A stretch of DNA of 64,000 bases from Bacteroidota bacterium (GCA_036141595.1 JAYZXD010000021.1:7969-71968), one strand, 5' to 3'; positions 28,245 through 38,883 are shown, counted from the first letter of the stretch. The notes: generated by a model not told the origin, from the letters alone. Made by a program: numbers and translations.

Positions 28245-29342
28245 TTATATGTACTTTATTGGATTAGTATTTATTTTTGATAATTGGAGGGCAAATTTAG
28301 GAAATTTTTCTTTAAGCATATCAAAAATTAGTTCCTTTGTATATTGCTCACTTTCATAGTGACCGATATCTGCAATTACAATTTTATCCTCAGCATCAAA
28401 AAATTCATGGTATTTAAAATCAGACGAAATAAAAATATCTGCACCAGCAGAAATTGAGTTCTTTAATAAAAAACTACCACTACCTCCACAAATAGCAACT
28501 TTATAAATATTTTTTTTTGTTTTAGGCTCAGTATATCGAATACAGTCTGTTTTCATTTTTGACTTCAATTGCTTCAAAAATTCAATAGGTGTTATTTCTT
28601 TTGATAAATTACCAATAACTCCAGAACCTATATGCTGATAAGAGTTTTCAAGTGCATAAAGCTGATATGCAACTTCCTCATAAGGATGATTTTTTTTCAA
28701 TACTTTAATAATTTCATGTTCAAGATACTTAGGAAAAACTAAAGAAATACATTCCTCTTCTTTGTTCTGTAATTCTCCAACAGAACCAACATGAGGATTG
28801 CTTCCGTGTAGAGGTTTGAATGTTCCCTGCCCTGTAAAATTAAAACTGCATTGATCATAAGAACCGATGTTTCCAGCACCTACATCAAAAAGTTGTTTTC
28901 TAACTTTAAACGCATCTTTTTTAGGACAATAAAAAACTAAATTGTATAAATGATTTCTTTTGGATTCTAAAACTGATATGTTTTGTAATTCTAAACAACT
29001 AGCAATTTTATAATTTACTCCATTAAATACATTGTCAAGATTAGTATGCATTGCATAAATAGCAATATCATTTTTAATTGCCTTTATAATAGTTCTTTCA
29101 ACATAATTCGATCCATTTATTTTTTTTAGTCCCTTAAAAATTATTGGATGATGAGCGATAATGAGATTACACTTTTTTTGTATTGCTTCTTCAACTATAT
29201 CCTCAGTACAATCTAAAGTTATCAAAGCAGAATCTATGGTATTATTTGCATCACCAATAATTAAACCAGAGTTATCATAATCTTCCTGTATTGACAAAGG
29301 GGCTATGCTTTCAAGATAATTAACTATTCGTTCTATTTTCAT
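28245..29342 (-). CDS. NIF3-family dinuclear metal-centre protein (YbgI/GTP cyclohydrolase 1 type 2 homologue) with an inserted domain
   Basis: DNSGLIIG, IAHHPIIFKGLK, MHTNLD, C-terminal GHYESE. Confidence 0.85.
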   Translation of the reverse strand: MKIERIVNYLESIAPLSIQEDYDNSGLIIGDANNTIDSALITLDCTEDIVEEAIQKKCNLIIAHHPIIFKGLKKINGSNYVERTIIKAIKNDIAIYAMHTNLDNVFNGVNYKIASCLELQNISVLESKRNHLYNLVFYCPKKDAFKVRKQLFDVGAGNIGSYDQCSFNFTGQGTFKPLHGSNPHVGSVGELQNKEEECISLVFPKYLEHEIIKVLKKNHPYEEVAYQLYALENSYQHIGSGVIGNLSKEITPIEFLKQLKSKMKTDCIRYTEPKTKKNIYKVAICGGSGSFLLKNSISAGADIFISSDFKYHEFFDAEDKIVIADIGHYESEQYTKELIFDMLKEKFPKFALQLSKINTNPIKYI

Positions 29343-29346
29343 TTTT

Positions 29347-29354
29347 CAAAAATA
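29347..29354 (-). promoter_or_regulatory. Candidate -7 box for the NIF3/zinc-ribbon unit (leaderless geometry)
   Basis: Minus strand reads TAttTTTG. The G lies only 4 nt upstream of the ATG at 29342. Confidence 0.45.
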
Positions 29355-29378
29355 CAAAAGTCTTTAACAACAAAAGAT

Positions 29379-29386
29379 TATCTTTG
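29379..29386 (+). promoter_or_regulatory. Candidate -7 box for the lpxK operon (leaderless geometry)
   Basis: TAtcTTTG. The G lies only 4 nt upstream of the ATG at 29391 (TATCTTTGCGATATG). Confidence 0.45.
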
Positions 29387-29390
29387 CGAT

Positions 29391-30425
29391 ATGCGTTATT
29401 TTTTATATCCATTTTCATTAATTTACTACATTATAACAACAATTAGAAACCTATTTTATGATCATAAAATTATAAAATCAATAAAACATAAAATACCAAT
29501 TATTTGTGTAGGAAATTTGTCAATGGGAGGTACAGGTAAAACTCCTCTTACAGACTATATTACAAAAACTCTTATAAAAAATTTTAAAATTGCAATTTTA
29601 AGTAGAGGATATGGAAGAAAAACATCTGATTTCCAATACGTGGAGTTAAATAGCAGCCCATTAGATGTTGGTGATGAACCACTTATGTTGAAGAATAAAA
29701 ATCCTAATGCTATTGTTGTAGTAGAAAGTAATAGAAATAAGGCAGTAAAAAAAATTATAAATGACTTTCCAAAAGTAAATTTAATTATTCTTGACGATGG
29801 GTTCCAACATAGAAAAATTCAAGCCAAAACTTATATTTTAACAACTCCATTCCACAATCTGTATTTTAATAATAATATTTTTCCTTTTGGGACACTTAGA
29901 GAAAGTAAAAAAGGTTCTAAAAGAGCAGATATAATAATGGTTAGTAATTCTCCAAAAAAAATTTCAGAAACAACCAGAAAAAATATTATTAAATATATTA
30001 ATCCAGAAAAAAATCAAAGTATATTTTTCTCTAGTATTGAATATTTGAATTATATATCTTTAAAGGATAATAGTGAGGTAAAAAAAGAAAAGTTTAAAGA
30101 TTATGGTGTCACACTGGTAACAGCCATTGCATCAAACAAAAAAATATTAGAGTATATAAAAAGCAATCATAACAATATTAAAATTTTAAGTTTTGTAGAT
30201 CACCATTACTTTAGCGAAGACGATATTCATAAAATTTTAACTCTACATTCAAAGCATAAAAACAGAAAAAAAGTTATATTGACCACGGAAAAAGATGCAA
30301 CTAAACTTAAGCAATATATATCTATATTTGGAGATAATAAAATATACTATATCGATATAAAAATAAATATAGATCAAAAAGAAAAATTTAATAAACAATT
30401 GTTAGATTATGCTAAACAAGATTAA
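29391..30425 (+). CDS. lpxK: Tetraacyldisaccharide 4'-kinase
   Basis: P-loop VGNLSMGGTGKTP, SRGYGRK, ILDDGFQH. Confidence 0.88.
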   Translation: MRYFLYPFSLIYYIITTIRNLFYDHKIIKSIKHKIPIICVGNLSMGGTGKTPLTDYITKTLIKNFKIAILSRGYGRKTSDFQYVELNSSPLDVGDEPLMLKNKNPNAIVVVESNRNKAVKKIINDFPKVNLIILDDGFQHRKIQAKTYILTTPFHNLYFNNNIFPFGTLRESKKGSKRADIIMVSNSPKKISETTRKNIIKYINPEKNQSIFFSSIEYLNYISLKDNSEVKKEKFKDYGVTLVTAIASNKKILEYIKSNHNNIKILSFVDHHYFSEDDIHKILTLHSKHKNRKKVILTTEKDATKLKQYISIFGDNKIYYIDIKINIDQKEKFNKQLLDYAKQD

Positions 30426-31218
30426 TGAGTCTTCAGTCTTCTTAAAAGAAAAAACTAAATTACTGCCTGAAATAGGAATAGTTCTTGGCACAGGACTTGG
30501 TGGATTGGTAAAAGATATTAAGATAACACATTCAATAGAATATAAAAACATCCCAAATTTTCCACTTTCTACAGTTGAAGGCCACACAGGCAGACTAATA
30601 TTTGGCTTATTAGGAAATAAGAGTGTAATAGCTATGCAAGGAAGATTTCATTTTTATGAAGGATATGATATTGAAAAAGTTACTTTCCCAATAAGAGTAA
30701 TGAAAAATTTAGGTATTAAAACATTATTTCTATCAAATGCAAGTGGTGGCGTAAATCCTAAATACAAAGTCGGAGACCTTATGATTTTAAATGACCACAT
30801 AAATCTTATTCCTAATCCACTTATTGGAAAAAATATTGATCAGCTTGGACCTAGATTTCCTGACATGAGTGAGCCATATTGTAAAGAGCTAATTAAGAAG
30901 GCAGAAAAAATTAGTTTATCGAACAATATTGATCTTCATAAAGGAGTATATGTTGCACTTACTGGGCCCACTTTAGAAACACCTGCCGAATATAATTATA
31001 TGAGAATAATTGGAGGAGACACTGTTGGTATGTCAACTGCTCCTGAAGTTGTAGTTGCCAGACACATGAACATAAAATGTTTTGCAATCTCTGTAATAAC
31101 TGATTTAGGAATACCTGGAAAGATAAAAAAAGTAAGTCATAAAGAAATACAAAAGATTGCTGAAGCAACTGAACCAAAACTAACAACAATTATTAAGGAA
31201 GTCATTAAATCAATTTAA
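30409..31218 (+). CDS. Purine nucleoside phosphorylase (trimeric PNP family)
   Basis: GHTGRLIFG, MQGRFHFYEG, SNASGG, GMSTAPEV. Confidence 0.9.
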   Translation: MLNKINESSVFLKEKTKLLPEIGIVLGTGLGGLVKDIKITHSIEYKNIPNFPLSTVEGHTGRLIFGLLGNKSVIAMQGRFHFYEGYDIEKVTFPIRVMKNLGIKTLFLSNASGGVNPKYKVGDLMILNDHINLIPNPLIGKNIDQLGPRFPDMSEPYCKELIKKAEKISLSNNIDLHKGVYVALTGPTLETPAEYNYMRIIGGDTVGMSTAPEVVVARHMNIKCFAISVITDLGIPGKIKKVSHKEIQKIAEATEPKLTTIIKEVIKSI

Positions 31219-31219
31219 A

Positions 31220-32560
31220 ATGATAAAAAAAATATTTTTAATAATTAAGCTAACATTAGCAACATTTTTTGTGAGTGCTCAACAAAATGCAACACTACTA
31301 TATAATTGGCAAGACACATCATTAGTAGGTTCGTGGGCATATGATAATGTATATAATGAATGTTGGGGTCTTTATGTAAATAATAGAGAAATTGCAATCA
31401 TTGGATCTACTGAGGGAACACATTTTTTTGATATCACTGATCCTACTTCAGTAAGCCAGGTTGGTTTTGTTGTTGGAGGTTATACTGGGGCAGGTGTAAT
31501 ACATAGAGATTATCACGACTATCAAGGATATTTATATGCTGTATGCGATGAAGGTAATAGTTCAACATTGCAAATCATAGATATTTCCAACTTACCTAAT
31601 TCAATTAATACAGTTTATGATTCAAATGATCTTTTCACCAAAGCACATAATATTTTTATAGATACTGCAACAGCAAAAATGTATGCTTGTGCTTCTAATT
31701 CAGCAATGGATGTATATAGTTTACAAAATCCTGTAAGTCCTCAACTCATATACTCTTACAACAATGTCGGTCATGTACACGACGCTTTTGTCAGAAATGA
31801 TTCTGCATACTTGAATTGTGGAAACGAAGGACTAAGAATTTTTGATTTTTCAAATGTAAATCAACTTGGAGATCAACCAATCCTTCTAGGATCTTTAACT
31901 TCATATCCTGATGCTGGATATAATCATTCTGGATGGCTTAGTGATGATGGAAAAACATATATAATGCAAGATGAAAACCATGGATATGACGTGAAAGTTT
32001 TAGATGTTAGTGATGTTAATAATATTTCTGTTACATCAACATTTAATTCTGGTGTTAGTTCACAATCTATGGCTCATAACGGAATTATTAAAGGAAATAA
32101 CGCTTATATTCCTTACTATCATGATGGCATTAGGGTATTTGATATATCAGACCCATATAATCCAATACAAACTTGGCAATACGATACATATGCACCACTT
32201 AGTCATGCTTCATACAAAGGTGCTTGGGGTGTATATCCATACTTACCATCTGGAAATATTATTGTTTCTGATATGCAGACAGGACTTTATATTTTTACTT
32301 TAGATGAAAATACTAACATAATTAGTCAACATTTATCAAAAATTCAAATTTTTCCAAATCCTGCTGATAAAAAAATTTGGATTGAATCAAGCGCAGATAA
32401 AATTATTATCTATAATAGTGTTGGTGAGGTAATAGTTAATGAGAAAATACTAAGTTCAAAGCATGCAATTAATACAAATAGTTTTAATAGTGGTATTTAC
32501 TTTTATGAACTTATGAATAATCATAAAAAATTAAGTACAGGTAAAATAATTTTTAAATAA
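31220..32560 (+). CDS. Secreted beta-propeller-like protein (choice-of-anchor B / LVIVD-repeat type) with a T9SS C-terminal sorting domain
   Basis: Signal peptide ending VSAQ. YNECWGLY...IIGSTEGTHFFDITDP pattern. C terminus IFPNPADKKIWIES...SGIYFYELMN...GKIIFK. Confidence 0.7.
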   Translation: MIKKIFLIIKLTLATFFVSAQQNATLLYNWQDTSLVGSWAYDNVYNECWGLYVNNREIAIIGSTEGTHFFDITDPTSVSQVGFVVGGYTGAGVIHRDYHDYQGYLYAVCDEGNSSTLQIIDISNLPNSINTVYDSNDLFTKAHNIFIDTATAKMYACASNSAMDVYSLQNPVSPQLIYSYNNVGHVHDAFVRNDSAYLNCGNEGLRIFDFSNVNQLGDQPILLGSLTSYPDAGYNHSGWLSDDGKTYIMQDENHGYDVKVLDVSDVNNISVTSTFNSGVSSQSMAHNGIIKGNNAYIPYYHDGIRVFDISDPYNPIQTWQYDTYAPLSHASYKGAWGVYPYLPSGNIIVSDMQTGLYIFTLDENTNIISQHLSKIQIFPNPADKKIWIESSADKIIIYNSVGEVIVNEKILSSKHAINTNSFNSGIYFYELMNNHKKLSTGKIIFK

Positions 32561-34008
32561 TGGATAAAAAGTACGAAGCTACAATTGGTTTAGAAGTACA
32601 TGCGCAGTTGTCAACAAATACAAAAGCGTACTCTGGAGATCAAAATATTTATGGAGCAACACCAAATTCCAAAACTTCAATTATTTCTTTGGGACATCCA
32701 GGAACTTTACCTAAAAGTAATCTAAGAGTTATTGAATATGCAGTTAAATTAGGAATTGCTGTAGGAGCCAATATTACAAAAAAAAATGAGTTTGCAAGAA
32801 AAAATTATTTTTATGCTGACTTACCAAAAGGTTATCAAATTACACAGGATACTTCACCAATATGTAAGGGTGGGGCTATTTTAGTTAAGGATAATAATGG
32901 CAAAAATAGAAAGATAAATATCACAAGAATTCATATGGAGGAAGACGCAGGCAAATCAATACACGACATTGATCCCTTCAGTACATTAATTGATCTTAAT
33001 AGGGCTGGTGTTCCTCTTTTGGAGATTGTTTCAGAACCAGAAATTAGATCTGCAGAGGAAGCGTATCAATACATAAATGAAATTAGAAAACTTGTTAGAT
33101 ATTTAGATATATGTGATGGTAATATGGAAGAAGGATCTTTAAGATGTGACGCAAATATTTCTGTTAGATTAAAAGGAGACAAACTTGGTACTAAAGTTGA
33201 AGTAAAAAATATGAATTCAACAAGAAATTTAAAAAAAGCTATTGAATATGAAATTAATAGACAAATAAAAACAATAGAAAATGGAGGTAAAATAAAACAT
33301 GAAACAAGAAGCTTTAATGCATCAAATAATACAACAATTTCAATGCGTCATAAAGAAAATGCTAATGACTATAGATATTTTCCTGAACCAGATCTTCCAC
33401 CAATAGTTTTAAATGATGAATACATTGATTATGTAAAATCGAAAATACCACCATTACCTAATTATTTATTTGAAAAGTTTACAAAAGATTTTGGTTTATC
33501 AGATTATGATGCTAGATTAATGACCGATGAAAAAGAAATAGCACTATATTTTAACGAACTATGTAACATTACAAATAATTATAAATCAGCAGCTAATTTG
33601 ATAAATGGAGTAATTAAATCATACCTAAATGAAAATGCTTTAGAGATAAACGACTTAACTATATCCAAAGAACAAATCTCAAGCATTATTAATCTATTGG
33701 ATGAAGGAAAAATAAGTAGTACAATAGCGAAAACAAAAATTTTTCCATTAATGACAAAAAGTAATAAATTGGCATATGAAATAGCACAGGAAAATAATTG
33801 GATTCAAGAAAGTGACGACGATAAAATTAATGAATATATAAAATTAGCAATTAATAAATACCCAGAAAAAGTAATTGAATATAAAAATGGGAAAAAGGGT
33901 CTTATTGGACTATTTATGGGAGAGATAATGAAAGTATCAAAAGGAAAAGTTGACCCTAAAAAAGCAAACAAAAAATTGTTAAATGAATTAAACAAAGAAA
34001 TTGGATAA
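32560..34008 (+). CDS. gatB: Asp-tRNA(Asn)/Glu-tRNA(Gln) amidotransferase subunit B
   Basis: EATIGLEVHAQL, RIHMEEDAGK, DLNRAGVPLLEIV, C-terminal YqeY-like tail. Confidence 0.95.
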   Translation: MDKKYEATIGLEVHAQLSTNTKAYSGDQNIYGATPNSKTSIISLGHPGTLPKSNLRVIEYAVKLGIAVGANITKKNEFARKNYFYADLPKGYQITQDTSPICKGGAILVKDNNGKNRKINITRIHMEEDAGKSIHDIDPFSTLIDLNRAGVPLLEIVSEPEIRSAEEAYQYINEIRKLVRYLDICDGNMEEGSLRCDANISVRLKGDKLGTKVEVKNMNSTRNLKKAIEYEINRQIKTIENGGKIKHETRSFNASNNTTISMRHKENANDYRYFPEPDLPPIVLNDEYIDYVKSKIPPLPNYLFEKFTKDFGLSDYDARLMTDEKEIALYFNELCNITNNYKSAANLINGVIKSYLNENALEINDLTISKEQISSIINLLDEGKISSTIAKTKIFPLMTKSNKLAYEIAQENNWIQESDDDKINEYIKLAINKYPEKVIEYKNGKKGLIGLFMGEIMKVSKGKVDPKKANKKLLNELNKEIG

Positions 34009-34750
34009 GGAAAAAATATATTTTGCATCAGACTTTCATTTAGGTAGCCCAAATTTTAAAGAAAGTAGAATACGAGAGAACCTTATAATTAACTGGTTAA
34101 ATGACATTAAAAAAGATGCTAAAGCTATTTACCTTTTGGGTGATATTTTTGACTTTTGGTTTGAATACAAAAAAGTAGTTCCCAAAGGTTATATTAGATT
34201 TTTATCAAAGCTAGCTGAAATAGTAGAATCGGGAACTGAAATACATTTTTTTGTAGGAAATCATGATTTGTGGGCAAAAGATTATTTAGAGGTTGAGTTA
34301 GGCTTAAATATCCACCATCATCAAAAAATTATTAAAGAGCAAAATAAAAAATTATTAATAGCTCATGGAGATGGTTTGGGAAAGGCAGATTATACATACA
34401 AGTTAATAAAAAAAATTTTTAAGTCTAGAATTTGTCAATGGATTTTTTCTCAATTACATCCAAACCTTGCTTTCACTGTAGCACAAAATTGGAGCAAAAA
34501 AAGCAGAAAAAAAATAAGCAAACCATTTCTTTCAAAAGAAAAAGAAGTCTTATTTAATTATTGTAAAAATTTACAAAAGAAAAACCCTGTTGATTACTAT
34601 GTAATGGGTCATAGACATTTGCCGTTAGAAATTAAAATAGATGAACAGGCAAAATATATTAATTTGGGAGAATGGATAAACTATAACACCTATGCTGTTT
34701 TAGAAAATGGAATCATAAAACTAAATACATACAAAAAAAACCACCATTAG
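34001..34750 (+). CDS. lpxH: UDP-2,3-diacylglucosamine diphosphatase
   Basis: Calcineurin-like motifs FASDFHLG, LLGDIFDFW, VGNHD, AHGDG, MGHRH. Confidence 0.85.
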   Translation: MDKEKIYFASDFHLGSPNFKESRIRENLIINWLNDIKKDAKAIYLLGDIFDFWFEYKKVVPKGYIRFLSKLAEIVESGTEIHFFVGNHDLWAKDYLEVELGLNIHHHQKIIKEQNKKLLIAHGDGLGKADYTYKLIKKIFKSRICQWIFSQLHPNLAFTVAQNWSKKSRKKISKPFLSKEKEVLFNYCKNLQKKNPVDYYVMGHRHLPLEIKIDEQAKYINLGEWINYNTYAVLENGIIKLNTYKKNHH

Positions 34751-34767
34751 TGTGGTGGTTTTTTTTT
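34733..34767. terminator. Bidirectional rho-independent terminator between convergent lpxH and the M43 protease gene
   Basis: A8 (34733-40), hairpin CCACCA-ttagtg-TGGTGG (34741-58), T9 (34759-67). The hairpin includes the lpxH stop codon. Confidence 0.75.
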
Positions 34768-34786
34768 AAAACATAATCTTATACTC

Positions 34787-37700
34787 TTATTCAATAATTA
34801 ATTTTTTAGTTGATATAACATCATTTTTTGTTTCAACATTAATGAAATAAACTCCTTTACCTAAATCACCTAAATCAATTTTTATTTCTTGATAATTACT
34901 TACTATATTACCTTTAAAAAGCTTGCTAACTTCAGCGCCTAAAACATTCATGAGGGTAACTTCAATATTTCTATCAGCTAAATTTTCAATAGATAAAGTA
35001 GTAGTAGTATTAGCAGGATTTGGGTAAGCTATAACTCTTGCATTTGACAAGTCATTGATATTTAAATTACTGAGCTCTCCAATTTGAATATTATCTAAGT
35101 AAAAGTTATTTGAACTTCCATTAACTACATATTCAAATTTAAATCTTATGTTATTTGATTTAAGAGCATTTGCCCCTACTCTGTCATACATTATTGTATC
35201 ATTCCATTCTGAGACTAATGGTTTGAAGCTTTCTACATAAAGACCTGCATTTGATGCTTCAACAGCATCCAAAGATCCTAAATTTTTCCATGACTTTCCA
35301 CAATCATCAGAGTAAGTAACTAAAAGTTCATTTGATGGAAAAGTATTTATTGCTGCTCCTGCCCAAGAGAATTTTATAACAGGCTGAGTGAATGCACTTA
35401 GATTATAGGCTTTGGAAATTATTTCAGTTGAAACTCCCACTTGCATTAACTCTCCATCTACTTTAATTGAAGAAGAACCTTCCGCTGCAGAACCAGAAAC
35501 CAGTTGCCATGAGGTACTATTGTTAGAATTAAAACTCCATGGGCTTTGTATGTTTGTTGAAGCACTTAATACCCAATCAGCATTTAAATCCGAGACATCT
35601 TCAAAACTATAACTATATGATGACGAATTAGATGAAGCTACTGATGGGAAAACTTTTAAATAATTTGATTCTTTAAATGTTGAAGTACATGAATTTGAGA
35701 AATATGCTACATAAGTCTTCTTAGCTAGATTACCTCTATAAAACATTGTGTCAGCATAATAACCATTGAATCTAGTATAATAATGCTTTCCATAATAAGT
35801 TCTGACAGTATCAACCCAACCAACAAAATTATCTATCTGCCAAGTACTATCTGCATCATTAAACATTAGTGAATCAACAGCACTTAATGAAGCGTTGTCA
35901 GTATTTACTGAAATTGTAATTGTGGTATCCATATTATATTGAGCATAATATATTCTAACAGAATCAGAATTATTTAAAATACCGTCAATAACCCATACAC
36001 TGTCTGCTCCGTTAATTAGATTTGAATCTGAAGCAGTCAAATATGTACTATCAATGTATGTTAAGATATCGTGTACTGTCGTGTCATAATAAAAATTATA
36101 GTCAACAATAGAATCTAAATAATCCACAATAAATTGGGTCGAATATATTTCTGATGAATCAGCATTGTGTTCTGAGCTTTCCAATAATAGTAAATCCTGT
36201 GTACTAAGAGCGTTGCTACCATCAATATGAATGTAAGTACTATCCCCATCATCAATAAATAAAACAGAATCGGGTGCTGGCAAACTATTACCACTTCCAT
36301 CTATGTAAATTATTACTTGATCTTCGACCTTTGAAGTATTAAAGGTATCAATAGTAAAAGCCCCTACCAAACTATCTGTTGTAAATTGATTGTTTTTCCA
36401 GTATGAATCTAGACTATAACCATCTTGGTCAATAAACACATTAATATTACTAGCTCCCATATCTTGTAGCTCCTGTTCACTACCTTGAACAATTAAAATA
36501 TCTATTATAGAATCGTAAGATGTTGCATTTGTAAGGTCTAAGTCAGACAAATTAGATGCACGACTTTCAGTAACTTCATCATATTCAACAGTTAATGTAA
36601 TATCATATCCCTGTGGGTTTGTAGAGTTATATGTATGTGTTATAAAATTATTTCCAGAATTATCAGTATTTCCATCTCCAAAATCCCAAATGAATGAACT
36701 TACATTACCAATACCGAACATATTTTTGTTACCCTCTAAAATAATAGTTTCGCCTTCACAAATAGCAGGATCACCGCTTCGTATCTTAAATGAAGCTTGC
36801 TGAGTACAAATTGGCACCTGATAACCATCACTAGTTCCAGTAGAATCAAGATTCTCTTCAGACCACATATATTCTCTAAATCCAATTCCAGTCAAACCAG
36901 TTTGTTCATCAAGTTCTCCATTTAATGTAACATTCATAGCCTCAACTTGACCTTTGGTAAACATTGTAACTGCTGCATCAGATGAATAGTCCATATAATT
37001 TACGAACATTTCACCTGCAGGGTTCAAAGAATCAGCGACACAACCCCATGGGCCTGTTATTGGCGGCGGTGGAGCTAATCCGACATGATATGGGAAATTA
37101 TTTAAAGAAATACCATAATTTGGACCTCTTGCTGTTGGAGTATCCTTAATTCCATCGTCACCACAGTCGGTGTCACCCCAAGTATGTCTTAATCCTAACC
37201 AATGGCCTACTTCATGAGTTAATGTACCACCACTAACCATTTGACTAGCTAATAATACTACTCCATCTGTTGACATAGAACCACTGTATGGGAATTGAGC
37301 ATATCCTAACAATATGTTACCGTCTCCTTGTGGAGCAAACTGTTTTACAGTCCAAATATTAAAGTATTGATACGAATTCCAATAACTTAACGCCTTTACA
37401 GCATCTCTTGGTTCTGGCTGATTAGTCAAAGAGGACCTTACACGATTTATACCAGTTGTAGGTAAACCATCAGGATCTTTTTTTGCTAATCTAAATTCAA
37501 CTTTGGCTTCACCTCTAACCTTAGCAAAAACATCGGGTGTTTGACTCAAAAAATTAGCGCCTTGTCCGTTAATGTTTGCATTTAGTATGTCAAGTGCATT
37601 TTGAATAGATGCATCAGAAATATTTTCACTTCCAAGATCATGAATAACATGTACAACAACCGGAATGATCCTTACACCATTTTCTGTTTTAACTTTATTC

Positions 37701-37888
37701 ATTTTTGAAATTGCATTCTCAAAATTCTTTTTTATTTCTGCATTTTTTTCAGCAAGTCCATTGTAAAAGTCAGGATACTTTTGCATTTGATCAGACAATG
37801 AATGTTCATAAGAAGCACATTTTTGAGCTACAGAAAAATTAAAAGTTAGACACGTTATTAAAATTAATGAAAGGATTTTATTTTTCAT
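34787..37888 (-). CDS. Secreted M43 (pappalysin/cytophagalysin-like) zinc metalloprotease with a PKD-like domain, uncharacterised repeat region, jelly-roll-like domain and T9SS C-terminal sorting domain
   Basis: Signal peptide. Zinc site HEVGHWLGLRHTWGD. PKD-like FIWDFGDGN...YDITLTVEYD. C terminus IAYPNPANTTTTLSI...KGVYFINVET...KLIIE. Confidence 0.8.
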   Translation of the reverse strand: MKNKILSLILITCLTFNFSVAQKCASYEHSLSDQMQKYPDFYNGLAEKNAEIKKNFENAISKMNKVKTENGVRIIPVVVHVIHDLGSENISDASIQNALDILNANINGQGANFLSQTPDVFAKVRGEAKVEFRLAKKDPDGLPTTGINRVRSSLTNQPEPRDAVKALSYWNSYQYFNIWTVKQFAPQGDGNILLGYAQFPYSGSMSTDGVVLLASQMVSGGTLTHEVGHWLGLRHTWGDTDCGDDGIKDTPTARGPNYGISLNNFPYHVGLAPPPPITGPWGCVADSLNPAGEMFVNYMDYSSDAAVTMFTKGQVEAMNVTLNGELDEQTGLTGIGFREYMWSEENLDSTGTSDGYQVPICTQQASFKIRSGDPAICEGETIILEGNKNMFGIGNVSSFIWDFGDGNTDNSGNNFITHTYNSTNPQGYDITLTVEYDEVTESRASNLSDLDLTNATSYDSIIDILIVQGSEQELQDMGASNINVFIDQDGYSLDSYWKNNQFTTDSLVGAFTIDTFNTSKVEDQVIIYIDGSGNSLPAPDSVLFIDDGDSTYIHIDGSNALSTQDLLLLESSEHNADSSEIYSTQFIVDYLDSIVDYNFYYDTTVHDILTYIDSTYLTASDSNLINGADSVWVIDGILNNSDSVRIYYAQYNMDTTITISVNTDNASLSAVDSLMFNDADSTWQIDNFVGWVDTVRTYYGKHYYTRFNGYYADTMFYRGNLAKKTYVAYFSNSCTSTFKESNYLKVFPSVASSNSSSYSYSFEDVSDLNADWVLSASTNIQSPWSFNSNNSTSWQLVSGSAAEGSSSIKVDGELMQVGVSTEIISKAYNLSAFTQPVIKFSWAGAAINTFPSNELLVTYSDDCGKSWKNLGSLDAVEASNAGLYVESFKPLVSEWNDTIMYDRVGANALKSNNIRFKFEYVVNGSSNNFYLDNIQIGELSNLNINDLSNARVIAYPNPANTTTTLSIENLADRNIEVTLMNVLGAEVSKLFKGNIVSNYQEIKIDLGDLGKGVYFINVETKNDVISTKKLIIE

Positions 37889-37909
37889 ATGTTTTTATTT
37901 TATAATCTA

Positions 37910-37917
37910 CAAATATA
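37910..37917 (-). promoter_or_regulatory. Candidate -7 promoter box for the M43 protease gene
   Basis: Minus strand reads TAtaTTTG, 21 nt upstream of the ATG at 37888. Confidence 0.45.
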
Positions 37918-37966
37918 AAATTTATAGCTTAAACGAATCAAAGTTAAACCAAAAAAATTGTTTTTG

Positions 37967-38878
37967 TTAATGAATATGCTTTTCAGCTCTGTAGGAAGAC
38001 CTCACCAAGGGACTGCTTTCAACATGCTTAAACCCAAGAGAAAGCCCAATATTTTTATACTCTAAAAATTGATCTGGCGTTATAAAATCAACTACTGGAA
38101 GATGTTTTTTTGACGGCTGTAGATATTGACCTATAGTCATTATTGAAACACCAACGTTTCTTAAATCGTGCATTGCCTCAACAACCTCATCTTTGGTTTC
38201 TCCTAGTCCTACCATCAAACCAGATTTTGTTTTTATTCCACCTTCATGTAAAAAACGTAATGTATCCAAACTTCTATCGTACTTTGCTTGAATTCTAACT
38301 TTTTTGGTTAGTCTCCTGACTGTTTCAATATTGTGAGAAACAACTTCAGGAGCAACATCAATTATGGGCTGAATATCTTTTAACCTTCCTTTAAAGTCAG
38401 GAATTAGTGTCTCCATAGTAATTTTTGGATTCTTTTTCCTTACTTCGTTAATTGTTTCTACCCAAATACTCGCCCCTCCATCTTTTAAATCATCTCGATC
38501 AACAGAGGTAATAACTGCATGTTTAACTTGCATTAAATATATCGATCGAGCAACTTTTTTAGGCTCGAGCAAATCAACAGCAAGAGGACGACCAGTTTTG
38601 ACATTACAAAAACCACAAGATCTAGTACAAATATTACCTAAAATCATAAAAGTTGCAGTACCTTCCCCCCAACATTCGCCCATGTTGGGACAGTTACCGC
38701 TTTCACATATAGTGTGTAAGCTATGCGATTTAGTTAAACTTCTTACCTTTTTAAATGCTTCACCAGTCGGTAATTTGACCCTCAGCCATTTAGGCTTTTT
38801 ATTTTTTATCGGACCGTTAGAATCATTTAAATTTTGTTCAACTAAATTAGATTTTTTTTTATCTAAAAGTATGCTCAA
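37967..38878 (-). CDS. lipA: Lipoyl synthase
   Basis: Auxiliary cluster [13 protein letters not shown], radical-SAM cluster [11 protein letters not shown] start (no in-frame ATG upstream of the first cluster), 5 nt after the stop of a small upstream ORF. Confidence 0.95.
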   Translation of the reverse strand: MSILLDKKKSNLVEQNLNDSNGPIKNKKPKWLRVKLPTGEAFKKVRSLTKSHSLHTICESGNCPNMGECWGEGTATFMILGNICTRSCGFCNVKTGRPLAVDLLEPKKVARSIYLMQVKHAVITSVDRDDLKDGGASIWVETINEVRKKNPKITMETLIPDFKGRLKDIQPIIDVAPEVVSHNIETVRRLTKKVRIQAKYDRSLDTLRFLHEGGIKTKSGLMVGLGETKDEVVEAMHDLRNVGVSIMTIGQYLQPSKKHLPVVDFITPDQFLEYKNIGLSLGFKHVESSPLVRSSYRAEKHIH

Positions 38879-38883
38879 AATAA

